A stretch of DNA of 47,423 nt, taken from positions 1-47,423 of IMG/VR virus record IMGVR_UViG_3300002307_000077; one strand, written 5' to 3'. The DNA is from a virus. Its lineage: Duplodnaviria > Caudoviricetes. Below are positions 27,863 through 36,192 of this stretch, piece after piece. Numbering within the stretch: position 1 is the first letter of the stretch; each line of letters begins with the position of its first letter. A program made the translations under genes and the position numbers. A model generated the notes under the pieces. The model searched no databases. It saw nothing but the letters and a program-made list of their open reading frames with translations, and was not told the DNA's origin.

Positions 27863-28478
27863 TATATTGTTCTCCAAGTTTATTCAGTTTGTGTATTTTA
27901 TCGTTAAGCTCGTTGATGAACTTAACAACCTCTGCTTCCAGATCTGCAATCCTGCTATCGTCACGTTCGATGCGCTGGGTAAACAACGCAAGTTTCGGTG
28001 GGACGCGAGGGTCGAAGCTGATGAAATCACACCATTGCCTTCCAGTGCAAGCCATCTGCCACATCATTTGCGGAATGTATTTGTCTGGTATTTCTCCAGA
28101 CATTACAGTTTCCAGATGAGTGCTCGTGTTTGGACACTTGATCTCAATCAACCCGTCATCATCCACGAGCCCATCTGGACTGCATCCGCTGTTCTCAATG
28201 CTGGGGTGGGGAACAAACCCGATTGTCTGAACGAGATTACCGTGAAGGCCCTCATACACCTCACGAGCAGTCTTTTCATGGGCTGTCCCCCACTCCATCG
28301 CTGGCGTTTTGTATTTCTCGACGGGTAGCCCAGTAATACGTTCCACCAACAATTCTGACATATAGGTTGCCCGCAATGATGAATATCCATTGCGAGTCCT
28401 AGCTGAAAGATCTGCGACACGGCTAGCTGTCACCTTGCCGCATCTGGCATCGAACCACTCTTTAGAGCCCTGTTCCAT
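27852..28478 (-). CDS. YqaJ / lambda-exonuclease family protein
   Basis: QGS.EW...R.G.VTAS; MEWG..HE; SPDG; IEIKCP; Q..WQM. Confidence 0.92.
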   Translation of the reverse strand: MEQGSKEWFDARCGKVTASRVADLSARTRNGYSSLRATYMSELLVERITGLPVEKYKTPAMEWGTAHEKTAREVYEGLHGNLVQTIGFVPHPSIENSGCSPDGLVDDDGLIEIKCPNTSTHLETVMSGEIPDKYIPQMMWQMACTGRQWCDFISFDPRVPPKLALFTQRIERDDSRIADLEAEVVKFINELNDKIHKLNKLGEQYNGI

Positions 28479-28479
28479 G

Positions 28480-29268
28480 TCAGCCTTCCTGCTTTTCTTC
28501 GTCAGCCAGAACACCAGCCCGTTTCATGTCTGCAATGACATTGGAGTCAATTGAAACACGAACATTCTGAGGTAGTATAGACCACCAAGAACGAAGCGGG
28601 ATAGACCCTAATGCAGCTCTACTAAACCCTTCTGCGATAATATCATCAATGCTTTTATCAGCCACAGTAGCCAGTTTTTGAGCTGCATATTCTTCTGGAT
28701 TGAACAGAAAATTGTATGCGCTTTTTGATTTTTCTCCAACTTTACCGATAGCAGCTCCAATAGGCACAGCAGCATCAAACTCTGTGTCAGGCTTTGGCTT
28801 GGCGGGTGCTTTAGACTTCTCGCCCTTTTTAGGTGCTGACTCTGCAACGAAGTGGTTCGTTGCAAACTTTGCCTTATCTGGCTCAACAGCGGCATTACCA
28901 TCATCATCTTCAGTAGCGAGACACAGTAGTGACATAATGCCATAGCGCCTTGCATATGTGAGCGCAGAGCCGATGCCATGAGCATCTGCCTTCGCAATAG
29001 GAACCCATGTGGACGCCACCATGAATTGGCCGGAACTATGTAACAGCATTGTCTCCACAGATACGCCATTCTGTCCCACAGTCGGGAACTGTGTTAAGGC
29101 CAACTCATTTTCGGACAGCGGGTCTTTAATCGTGCTGCGTACTGATGATAGATCCGCGTACTTGGATTTAAAAAACGGATTCTGTGCATTCTTTGTAGCG
29201 TCTTGGATCGCACCTTGTGCCTTAGCTAATGCTCCAGCCAACTGGCCGATTTCTTCACTCATCTTCAT
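28480..29268 (-). CDS. erf: ERF-family ssDNA annealing recombinase carrying a 38-aa ejection-protein insert
   Basis: ALAKAQ, NPFFKSKYADL, GSALTYARRY, EDDDGNAA; insert at 28661-28774. Confidence 0.9.
   Translation of the reverse strand: MKMSEEIGQLAGALAKAQGAIQDATKNAQNPFFKSKYADLSSVRSTIKDPLSENELALTQFPTVGQNGVSVETMLLHSSGQFMVASTWVPIAKADAHGIGSALTYARRYGIMSLLCLATEDDDGNAAVEPDKAKFATNHFVAESAPKKGEKSKAPAKPKPDTEFDAAVPIGAAIGKVGEKSKSAYNFLFNPEEYAAQKLATVADKSIDDIIAEGFSRAALGSIPLRSWWSILPQNVRVSIDSNVIADMKRAGVLADEEKQEG
28661..28774 (-). repeat. 114-bp repeat, copy 2 (inside erf)
   Basis: Mismatches to copy 1 only at 28664, 28741 and 28761. Confidence 0.97.
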
Positions 29269-29269
29269 C

Positions 29270-29560
29270 TCAAAGGTTCCTTTCAATATATGACAAAATG
29301 TCATCCTCACAAGCATCGAATATTTTCTGATACATTACATCCGATGGCCCCGCTGTATAAGTTGATGGCGGTTCTTCATCATAGTCAAGCCAATATGTCA
29401 TTGGCCCCATTTCAAGTATTTCTGGGTATAAATTAGGTTCACCAACACTGCGATCACCGCGCAGCAGATCGTAACACACTTCGATGCTACCAGTTGCAAA
29501 GCGGCTAGACCCATCGACAGTAATTCGTAATTCGTCAAAACTGTATATCAAAGACTCCAT
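29270..29560 (-). CDS. Acidic hypothetical protein (96 aa)
   Basis: GGAG RBS before ATG 29560. Confidence 0.65.
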   Translation of the reverse strand: MESLIYSFDELRITVDGSSRFATGSIEVCYDLLRGDRSVGEPNLYPEILEMGPMTYWLDYDEEPPSTYTAGPSDVMYQKIFDACEDDILSYIERNL

Positions 29561-29579
29561 TTTTATCTCCATATCAATC

Positions 29580-29660
29580 ATTGCCACCCATATGGCAATA
29601 ATCAAATAAGGTTGTCAAGTTATATTTGACAAGCGGATAAAATAATTATATACATTAAGC
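29580..29660. promoter_or_regulatory. Divergent promoter region
   Basis: Back-to-back TTGACA (- at 29618-29613, + at 29626-29631) at the strand switch; ATTGCC/GGCAAT inverted repeat. Confidence 0.7.
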
Positions 29661-29870
29661 ATGAAATACGAGAGAAGTCCGACACTTATTGCCATATTAA
29701 AAAATCGCGGCACAGCCAGTGCAATAGCGAAACAGCTCGGCGTGACCCGTGCTGCCATATCGGCTTGGCGAGAAATTCCGATCACAAGACTTAAAGAAAT
29801 CAGTAAGATAACTGGCATTCCCCGCGAACAATTAAGGCCAGACATATTTGAAGAATTATATGGAGAATAA
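29661..29870 (+). CDS. Cro-like HTH protein
   Basis: ASAIAKQLGVTRAAISAW...IP; C-terminal LRPDIF. Confidence 0.85.
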   Translation: MKYERSPTLIAILKNRGTASAIAKQLGVTRAAISAWREIPITRLKEISKITGIPREQLRPDIFEELYGE

Positions 29871-29871
29871 A

Positions 29872-30204
29872 ATGGTTTATACCGCAGATGAAATACTTAA
29901 ATTATTTAATGATGGACATGAAACATACGAGATTGCGGCAATTTTACATATTCCAGAAGCAGAAGCCTATAATGTTCTAGCAGTAGCCAGAGAGATTAAA
30001 AATGTCTTCAAAGATCACAGTAACTCTGCCGCTGCCTCCCTCAGTAAACAGGTTATGGCGCACGACCCGTTCGGGTGGGATGTACCGAAGTCCAAAGTAC
30101 GCAGCGTGGCTAAAAGAGTCAGCGTGGATGATAGCAGCCCAGACAAAAGGTCAAAAGATAACAGGATACTATACGTTGATTTTAAAAGCAGTAGCGCCAG
30201 ATAA
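29872..30204 (+). CDS. Small HTH-like protein; 3' part overlaps rusA
   Basis: GGAG RBS; LF.DG.ETYEIAAIL.I.EAE.YN.L. Confidence 0.55.
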   Translation: MVYTADEILKLFNDGHETYEIAAILHIPEAEAYNVLAVAREIKNVFKDHSNSAAASLSKQVMAHDPFGWDVPKSKVRSVAKRVSVDDSSPDKRSKDNRILYVDFKSSSAR

Positions 30205-30361
30205 ACGTAAGCGGGATTTAGATAACCTACTAAAAGCTGCGAGTGATGTACTGACTCATTCGGGGGTTATTACAGACGATCATCTTTGTAGAGCATTAAG
30301 GGCCGAATGGGTTCTTGCTGACTTTGAATGTGAAATAACTATAGAGGCTGTAAATGTCTAA
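30002..30361 (+). CDS. rusA: RusA-family Holliday junction resolvase
   Basis: LP.PPSVN..WR; PDKRKRDLDN..KA..D.L...G...DD. Confidence 0.92.
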   Translation: MSSKITVTLPLPPSVNRLWRTTRSGGMYRSPKYAAWLKESAWMIAAQTKGQKITGYYTLILKAVAPDKRKRDLDNLLKAASDVLTHSGVITDDHLCRALRAEWVLADFECEITIEAVNV

Positions 30362-30563
30362 GATACCATTATCAGATCAGATATTAGCTGTGGAGCGAGC
30401 CGCCATTAATTTAAAAGGCCACATAGAGATCTTGCAGGGTCTGGTCGCACAAAAGAAGCGTGATCCTATCGTATTGATAACAAAGGAAAGTTGGCTACCA
30501 GACTTGGAGGCAGCTTTAGTTACCTTGAAATGGCTAGACAAAAATAAAGATAAATTGAGATAA
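30354..30563 (+). CDS. Hypothetical protein
   Basis: GAGG RBS, coupled to rusA. Confidence 0.65.
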   Translation: MSKIPLSDQILAVERAAINLKGHIEILQGLVAQKKRDPIVLITKESWLPDLEAALVTLKWLDKNKDKLR

Positions 30564-30627
30564 GACATATTGACAGCAATTTAATTAAATGGTTTGTTAA
30601 TATTGCCTTAACAAACAGGAGTACATA

Positions 30628-30843
30628 ATGGGTAATTTATCTGATGCAGATTTGAAATTGATGCTCAATAGTTCGCGGGAAAAGCAGCTCCGCGATGCCA
30701 TGAATGACTGCGGATTAGACATCTCTCAGCTCGCCTCATTGTGCGGTGTAGGCATTCGGACTGTCTATCGGTGGCTCAGTGGGACAACCCAACCACCCCA
30801 ATCTACCTATACAATTTTGCACCTTTTGTCACCAATGCCGTGA
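30628..30843 (+). CDS. XRE-type HTH protein
   Basis: GL...QLA..CGV..RTVYRWLSG; AGGAG RBS; TTGACA at 30570. Confidence 0.8.
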   Translation: MGNLSDADLKLMLNSSREKQLRDAMNDCGLDISQLASLCGVGIRTVYRWLSGTTQPPQSTYTILHLLSPMP

Positions 30844-31018
30844 CTAATTGACATGACAAAATAGCAAGTCAGGCGTGTCAAAATGTCTGGCTTGTCGGGT
30901 GGCACGAGTCTTGCGGTAATAGGTAATAATATATTAGTTACCTATTGAGGCAATAGTAACTTCTAGTGCGTCCAGAGAATGCAATTATAAGTTAGATATA
31001 CTATAGCAGGCTAGAGCC
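30844..31018. other. Palindrome-rich intergenic region, candidate replication origin
   Basis: AATAGGTAA-TAATATATTA-G-TTACCTATT (30918-30946), AT-rich, directly before helicase and primase. Confidence 0.4.
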
Positions 31019-32494
31019 ATGATCCTTAGAAACTATCAATTACAATCTATAGAACAACTGCGTCAAAGTGTCAGTGCTGGAAATAAACGCCCAGTGATCC
31101 AAAGTCCCACTGGAAGCGGCAAAACTGTCTTGGCCGCAGCTCTGGTCCAAATGGCAAGGCAGAGAAACAAAACGGTTATGTTCACCGTCCCAGCCCTGAG
31201 CCTGATCGATCAGACCGTTGAGCGGTTTGCTAGTCAGGGGATCGACTGCGGTGTGATCCAAGCAAACCACTACCTGACGGATTCATCGATGCCTGTGCAG
31301 GTTGCGTCCGTCCAGACATTGGCTCGCAGAAAAATCCCGATGATGGATTTGGTAATCGTGGACGAGTGCCACATCCAGTTCGAATTGTATTCTAATTGGT
31401 TCAAAGATCCGGCTTGGAGCAAGATCCCGATTGTCGGACTGACGGCCACTCCGTGGCAGAAGGGCATGGGCAAGTTGTGGGATGATCTGATTATCGGAAC
31501 TACCACCCAAGAGTTGATCGACAAAGGTTACCTATCCGATTTTAAGGTTTTCGCTCCCGGAAACAAACCAAACTTGAGCAATGTCAGGCTAGTAGCTGGG
31601 GATTACGATAAAAAACAACTCGGAAAGGTCATGGACGATGATCTCTTGGTCGCAGACATCGTTTCGACTTGGCTCGAACGAGCGAAAGGACGCCCCACAA
31701 TTTGTTTTGCGGTAAACCGCTTACATGCCAAGCACTTACAGAAACAATTTGAAGATGCTGGCGTTAAGGCTGGTTACATGGATGCGTACACAAAACCCGA
31801 AGATCGTCAGCATATTGTCAACCAATTTGCCTCAAAAGATATTGAAATCATTTGCAATGTTGGTGTTCTGACCACTGGGTTCGATGCTGATGTGCGGTGT
31901 GTAATCCTAGCTCGACCGACAAAATCCGAGATTTTATACACGCAGATGATTGGTCGTGGATTGCGTCAAGCTATTGGAAAGGATCATTGTTTGATTCTGG
32001 ACCACAGTGATACAACTTTGCGGTTAGGGTTTGTGACCGACATCCATTACACGGTTCTGGATGATGGGACTAAGAACAAAACAACCAATAAATCCAAAGA
32101 GGTACTGCCTAAGCAGTGCCCCAAATGTGCGTATCTGCGACCGCCGAAGGTACGCATCTGCCCGTCATGCGGCCATATTGCCGACCCCAAATCCGACATC
32201 ACCACCAGCGAAGGCGAGCTGGTAGAGTTGGATCGCAAGACCAAAGCGGTTATCAAACATTCGAAATCGATTGAAGAGCGGCAGGATTTCTACTCTGAGC
32301 TAATCCAACACGCTAACGTGCTGCAATACAAATCAGGTTGGGCCTATTACGCCTACAAGGATAAATTCGGGACTTTCCCGCCCAATTTCTTCCACACTGA
32401 ACCGAAGTCTATGAGTTTAGAAACTTTTAACTGGATCAGGCATCGCAATATTGCCCGCGCTAAAGCTCGTGCCAAAATGTCAGGTGCAAAATGA
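31019..32494 (+). CDS. Superfamily 2 DExH helicase with C-terminal zinc finger
   Basis: SPTGSGKT, DECH, LTAT, TTGFD, QMIGRGLR, CPKC..CPSC. Confidence 0.95.
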   Translation: MILRNYQLQSIEQLRQSVSAGNKRPVIQSPTGSGKTVLAAALVQMARQRNKTVMFTVPALSLIDQTVERFASQGIDCGVIQANHYLTDSSMPVQVASVQTLARRKIPMMDLVIVDECHIQFELYSNWFKDPAWSKIPIVGLTATPWQKGMGKLWDDLIIGTTTQELIDKGYLSDFKVFAPGNKPNLSNVRLVAGDYDKKQLGKVMDDDLLVADIVSTWLERAKGRPTICFAVNRLHAKHLQKQFEDAGVKAGYMDAYTKPEDRQHIVNQFASKDIEIICNVGVLTTGFDADVRCVILARPTKSEILYTQMIGRGLRQAIGKDHCLILDHSDTTLRLGFVTDIHYTVLDDGTKNKTTNKSKEVLPKQCPKCAYLRPPKVRICPSCGHIADPKSDITTSEGELVELDRKTKAVIKHSKSIEERQDFYSELIQHANVLQYKSGWAYYAYKDKFGTFPPNFFHTEPKSMSLETFNWIRHRNIARAKARAKMSGAK

Positions 32495-33399
32495 GCACTG
32501 AGGCACAGGACATCGCACGAGGCAGATGGCGTGAGCTTCTGCCCCAGCTCGGCGTCGATCCGATATTCCTTCGCAACCGACACGGACCCTGCCCGATCTG
32601 CGGTGGCTCTGACCGATTCCGTTTTGATGATCGTGACGGGACTGGATCGTTTTACTGCAACCAATGCGGGGCAGGTGACGGCTACACGTTGGTTTGCAAA
32701 GTGACAGGTCAATCGTTTCGGGACGTTGCGAAACAAGTCAGGACCATGATGGGTCTTAAAACGATTGCAAGAGCGACCACGACCGACACCGACGATAAAG
32801 TAGCTATGAAGCGGGTTTGGGAGGCCGCACACGAGACTTCAGAGGGTGGTCCGCTACCCATATACCTGACTAGGCGCTTAGGCGTTGTATGGCGCTCTAA
32901 TTCAATCCGTGAAGCATCTGAGCTATGGCATCCATTTGCTAAGTCGAAGTACCCAGCTATGGTTAGCAAGATTGCTAACATGGATGGCAAGGTAGCTAAC
33001 CTGCATCTGACCTATCTGACCAATGACGGGTTCAAAGCACCCATCGAAAAGGCCAAATTGATTATGGCTGGTAAATTGCCAGATGGCTGTGCTGTGCGTC
33101 TTGGTCCTCCACAACCGACAATGGGCATTGCAGAGGGCATCGAATCAGCAATGTCAGCCAGTCTTTTGCACAATGACATGACCGTCTGGGCTGCGACCAA
33201 CGGGACCATGCTGGCAAAATGGCAGCCACCATTGGGTGTGACCAATGTTGTTATTTTCGGTGACAACGACCAATCATTCACAGGCCATGCCAGAGCTTAT
33301 GCCCTAGCCAATCGCCTAGCCATAAACGGTTTTGGCGTGACCGTGATGATCCCGCCAAAGCCTGACACAGATTGGAATGATGTTTTGTTAGGTCACTGA
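32491..33399 (+). CDS. DNA primase (P4-type zinc-binding domain + Toprim)
   Basis: HGPCPICGGSDRFRFDD...CNQCGAGDG; AEGIESA; FGDND. Confidence 0.92.
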   Translation: MSTEAQDIARGRWRELLPQLGVDPIFLRNRHGPCPICGGSDRFRFDDRDGTGSFYCNQCGAGDGYTLVCKVTGQSFRDVAKQVRTMMGLKTIARATTTDTDDKVAMKRVWEAAHETSEGGPLPIYLTRRLGVVWRSNSIREASELWHPFAKSKYPAMVSKIANMDGKVANLHLTYLTNDGFKAPIEKAKLIMAGKLPDGCAVRLGPPQPTMGIAEGIESAMSASLLHNDMTVWAATNGTMLAKWQPPLGVTNVVIFGDNDQSFTGHARAYALANRLAINGFGVTVMIPPKPDTDWNDVLLGH

Positions 33400-33524
33400 C
33401 CCCAATTGTCTGGATGTTGCGGATCATAATAATCTCGCGGCTGGCAAGATTTCCAAAATACCCAAACTGCTGCTGCAAATGGGCTAACAATTATCACTGC
33501 CATAATTACATCGACCACTGTCAT
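33393..33524 (-). CDS. Membrane microprotein (43 aa, absent from ORF track)
   Basis: Manual translation MTVVDVIMAVIIVSPFAAAVWVFWKSCQPRDYYDPQHPDNWGQ; AGGTG RBS. Confidence 0.55.
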   Translation of the reverse strand: MTVVDVIMAVIIVSPFAAAVWVFWKSCQPRDYYDPQHPDNWGQ

Positions 33525-33532
33525 TCTGTCAC

Positions 33533-33814
33533 CTAATGGAATGATGCTAGCAACCAATCAATGGCTGTTTGTTTACCATCGAAGTGCATGATCTCGCCCC
33601 GAATGCTCAAAGCGCGATAGCCGCCGTGTGGTGGCCTGACCCTAATCGGATTAACCCAGCCGACCGTTCGGTTATTCCACTCGACCATCCAGACGCCATC
33701 TTGACCAAGCTCGACCTTGACCGCACTTTCGGGACTAGGGCGGGACGCAGAGCTCTTTGGCTGCATTGCTGCACCGTGCATTTGTTTTAAGAAATCACAT
33801 AATAATTCACTCAT
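33533..33814 (-). CDS. Hypothetical protein
   Basis: GAGGGG RBS before ATG 33814. Confidence 0.65.
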   Translation of the reverse strand: MSELLCDFLKQMHGAAMQPKSSASRPSPESAVKVELGQDGVWMVEWNNRTVGWVNPIRVRPPHGGYRALSIRGEIMHFDGKQTAIDWLLASFH

Positions 33815-33825
33815 TGTCTTTCCCC

Positions 33826-34077
33826 TCAATATGTATCGACCACTTGACCATTGACCAATAACACAGCCCCTAGCCTATCGCCCTGACCAACCATAGCCAG
33901 AGCTAACGACATTGCATGTATTGTGTCATAAAGCAGACCACCACCAAAACCACGTTCTAAATGGTCGTCGCAGTGGCTTGCATCATAATTATAAATTGCA
34001 TTCTCTGATTTCGCTTCATCATAAGTCTTATGTTTTTTTGTATCATAAATGTGGATTTTAATTGTGTTCGTCCCCAT
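33826..34077 (-). CDS. Hypothetical protein
   Basis: Fits operon spacing. Confidence 0.6.
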   Translation of the reverse strand: MGTNTIKIHIYDTKKHKTYDEAKSENAIYNYDASHCDDHLERGFGGGLLYDTIHAMSLALAMVGQGDRLGAVLLVNGQVVDTY

Positions 34078-34078
34078 T

Positions 34079-34168
34079 TTAGCCCCCCAATGCTACGCAA
34101 GCCAGACCAATGGCTGCGACCAATGCGCCAAGCGCCATTATTTCTGATAAGATTCTGATAACTAACAT
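34079..34168 (-). CDS. Membrane microprotein (29 aa, absent from ORF track)
   Basis: Manual translation MLVIRILSEIMALGALVAAIGLACVALGG; GAGGGG RBS; fills the gap. Confidence 0.55.
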   Translation of the reverse strand: MLVIRILSEIMALGALVAAIGLACVALGG

Positions 34169-34178
34169 TGCGACCCCC

Positions 34179-34415
34179 TCAGTGACCAATTGTGAAAACA
34201 TAATCCCCATTGGGCAGACTGCCCGCCCCCGTAATTTTCACGTTCCAATTCATTTTATCAATCAGTTTTAACGCAGCGCATCTAGCATTTTCTCCAGATT
34301 GCAATGAATGGTCATACGGGAAGGTAGTTTGCAATCCACCCTCTGCAAATGCTTTCCAGCGCGATGGTTTATGGTTAGTGCATCCCAAATATCTGACTTG
34401 TATAGCCTTCTTCAT
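34179..34415 (-). CDS. Hypothetical phage protein
   Basis: AI.VRYLG.TN.KPSR.KA...; AGGAG RBS. Confidence 0.75.
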   Translation of the reverse strand: MKKAIQVRYLGCTNHKPSRWKAFAEGGLQTTFPYDHSLQSGENARCAALKLIDKMNWNVKITGAGSLPNGDYVFTIGH

Positions 34416-34429
34416 ATCAAACTCTCCTA

Positions 34430-34756
34430 TTAATTTATGGGTTGAAATCTTGCATTGAATGCAGCTTCTTGACGCATCTCCTTTGCGTATTTGCGAACAA
34501 ATTCAACCCAAGATCCGCCGTCATATTTTTGAGTAAAATAATCGGCAGCTTCTAAAGTCATGCCCAGATTTACTAATGTTTTATCAATCAGAGATTGATT
34601 CCTCATTGTTTGAGCTTGAGCATATGTCGTTTGATGACTTTCTACCCAGCCATTGCGAATTGTGCAAAACGTCTGCACCGACCATTGGCCGGAGCGTGGC
34701 AACAATGGGCTGACTTGAGTGCGGGCTGTTTTCATTGCTGTTTTTAAACTAGTCAT
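34430..34756 (-). CDS. Hypothetical protein, N-terminus shared with 35711-35956
   Basis: MTSLKTAMKTART; GGAG RBS. Confidence 0.72.
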   Translation of the reverse strand: MTSLKTAMKTARTQVSPLLPRSGQWSVQTFCTIRNGWVESHQTTYAQAQTMRNQSLIDKTLVNLGMTLEAADYFTQKYDGGSWVEFVRKYAKEMRQEAAFNARFQPIN

Positions 34757-34778
34757 ATCTCAATCTCCATCATTTATT
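34712..34778. repeat. 67-bp direct repeat, copy 1 (RBS + first 15 codons)
   Basis: 63/67 identical to 35912-35978. Confidence 0.92.
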
Positions 34779-34797
34779 AATCTACCATCGAATAAAA

Positions 34798-35004
34798 TCA
34801 GTATTTTGTAGGCTCCTCCTCGCAATATGGCTCGATAGTCTCGATTTGCCAGATATAGTTTTCTGTATCAATAATTGCAGCCTTTTCCTCCTCTCCTTCC
34901 ATATCATAAACATAATTCTCAATATCATTATAATCTGTCAGGTCTGTTTCGATGACCATCGTGTGCCAGCATTCTTGTTTAATCATCACTGTATATATGG
35001 GCAT
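34798..35004 (-). CDS. Very acidic small protein
   Basis: AGGAG RBS; Asp/Glu-rich. Confidence 0.7.
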   Translation of the reverse strand: MPIYTVMIKQECWHTMVIETDLTDYNDIENYVYDMEGEEEKAAIIDTENYIWQIETIEPYCEEEPTKY

Positions 35005-35016
35005 ATCAAACTCTCC

Positions 35017-35238
35017 TCAACGTGTTGTAATATGATATGAAGGATACGACCCATCGACCACGACCATCTCGCCGCGATAGCCAAATGCATCGACCAAGAA
35101 CCGCCGAAAGGCGCGGCGCTGACCACGAGGAACGTGATATTCCCAAACTTTCCCGTCATGATGAACGTATGCATGGCCGCGATTAAAAAATAAGGGCCTT
35201 TGCCCGTGCTGATGTGGTGTATATGTGCAGATAAACAT
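35017..35238 (-). CDS. Hypothetical protein
   Basis: GGAG RBS before ATG 35238; promoter upstream. Confidence 0.65.
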   Translation of the reverse strand: MFICTYTPHQHGQRPLFFNRGHAYVHHDGKVWEYHVPRGQRRAFRRFLVDAFGYRGEMVVVDGSYPSYHITTR

Positions 35239-35284
35239 TTCAATCTCCATCATTTGTTGATCGACCGATCATCGACCATGACTA

Positions 35285-35335
35285 AATTTAATCGACCAAT
35301 GTCATTTTGTCAATAGTATTTTTGTAAATAATTTA
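35285..35335 (-). promoter_or_regulatory. Sigma70-type promoter with AT-rich upstream element
   Basis: TTGACA (35313-35308), 17 nt, TAAATT (35290-35285); upstream TAAATTATTTAC. Confidence 0.75.
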
Positions 35336-35386
35336 ATGACCAAACCAAACGACCGCGTGAAATATGAATTCTAATAAAGATTAATA

Positions 35387-35410
35387 ATGCGGGGGGCTGT
35401 GCCCCCGCAT
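35387..35410 (-). terminator. Intrinsic terminator after 35414-35677 gene
   Basis: ATGCGGGGG / CCCCCGCAT stem, A/T-rich tail on - strand. Confidence 0.7.
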
Positions 35411-35413
35411 CAA

Positions 35414-35677
35414 TTAAGCATGTTTGCTCAAAAATCTTTTAATCTGCCGTACTTCTTTTTGAGCCGTTATCTGCTCTTCTCGCGTGTATCGGCCCATCAA
35501 CATATCATTATTAGTCGTTTCGCTTTCGTAATACATCCCAAGCTGATATTTTGCTTCATCGACCAATGATTTCAATTGAGTGTAATAATTATATGTGTGC
35601 TCGCTTGCTCGACCGTTAACAGCCCTGAGCATTTCTTCAATTTTATCTCTGTTTTGATCTGTCACAGATAGTTTCAT
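35414..35677 (-). CDS. Hypothetical protein
   Basis: GGGG RBS before ATG 35677; terminator follows. Confidence 0.68.
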   Translation of the reverse strand: MKLSVTDQNRDKIEEMLRAVNGRASEHTYNYYTQLKSLVDEAKYQLGMYYESETTNNDMLMGRYTREEQITAQKEVRQIKRFLSKHA

Positions 35678-35710
35678 CTCAATCCCCATCATAGAATTTA
35701 AGCATTTTAG

Positions 35711-35956
35711 TTAACCTGCGGAACTGAGTTTGACTTCGCTGACGCATAGTAAATCCGCATCCATACTATGAATAGCACCGTCGGTGAAATACAAGCGGAC
35801 ATTGCCCGGACGATCCTCCACCGCGATACATTTAGTGCCGTGGAGTTTATGTAGTGGCTGTTGAGTGCTGGGCTGATTGATCCATACACGGAAGATGCGT
35901 GGCTTAGAACCGACTTTAGTGCGAGCTGTTTTGATTGCTGTTTTTAAACTAGTCAT
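35711..35956 (-). CDS. Hypothetical protein, N-terminus shared with 34430-34756
   Basis: MTSLKTAIKTART then unrelated VWINQPST.QP.H domain. Confidence 0.72.
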   Translation of the reverse strand: MTSLKTAIKTARTKVGSKPRIFRVWINQPSTQQPLHKLHGTKCIAVEDRPGNVRLYFTDGAIHSMDADLLCVSEVKLSSAG

Positions 35957-35978
35957 ATCTCAATCTCCAACATTTATT
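35912..35978. repeat. 67-bp direct repeat, copy 2
   Basis: 1200 nt from copy 1. Confidence 0.92.
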
Positions 35979-36008
35979 GATCGACCGACCAAAGCGACCG
36001 ACCAACCC

Positions 36009-36060
36009 AATATGACCAATCAGCGTCATTTTGTCAATAAAGATTTTTGTAAATAATTTA
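36009..36060 (-). promoter_or_regulatory. Sigma70-type promoter, paralogous to 35285-35335
   Basis: TTGACA (36037-36032), 17 nt, CATATT; same upstream TAAATTATTTAC. Confidence 0.7.
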
Positions 36061-36122
36061 GTGACCAAACCAAACGACCGACCGACCGACCAATTGTGTC
36101 ACTGTAATAATTACAATTGTGC

Positions 36123-36172
36123 TAAATTATTTACTTGCATCTGCCAGTCAATTTGATAGTGTCATTTTGTCA
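36123..36172 (+). promoter_or_regulatory. Probable promoter with TGTCA-N3-TGTCA box
   Basis: TAAATTATTTAC, TTGCAT, 16 nt, TAGTGT, box at 36160-36172. Confidence 0.55.
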
Positions 36173-36192
36173 CCTAACCAATGGGGTCTAAA

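Noticed and set aside
15887-28774. 114-bp repeat pair as a diversity-generating retroelement TR/VR (two of three differences are A vs G)
   Set aside because: No reverse transcriptase in the window, the third difference is T/C, most adenines are unchanged, and neither copy is at the 3' end of a receptor-binding gene
28608-29069. Alternative-frame ORF sharing LLCLLELLSV.LEKNQKAHTIFCSIQKNMQLKNWLL with 15829-16032
   Set aside because: A by-product of the same 114-bp DNA repeat read in another frame; no RBS support
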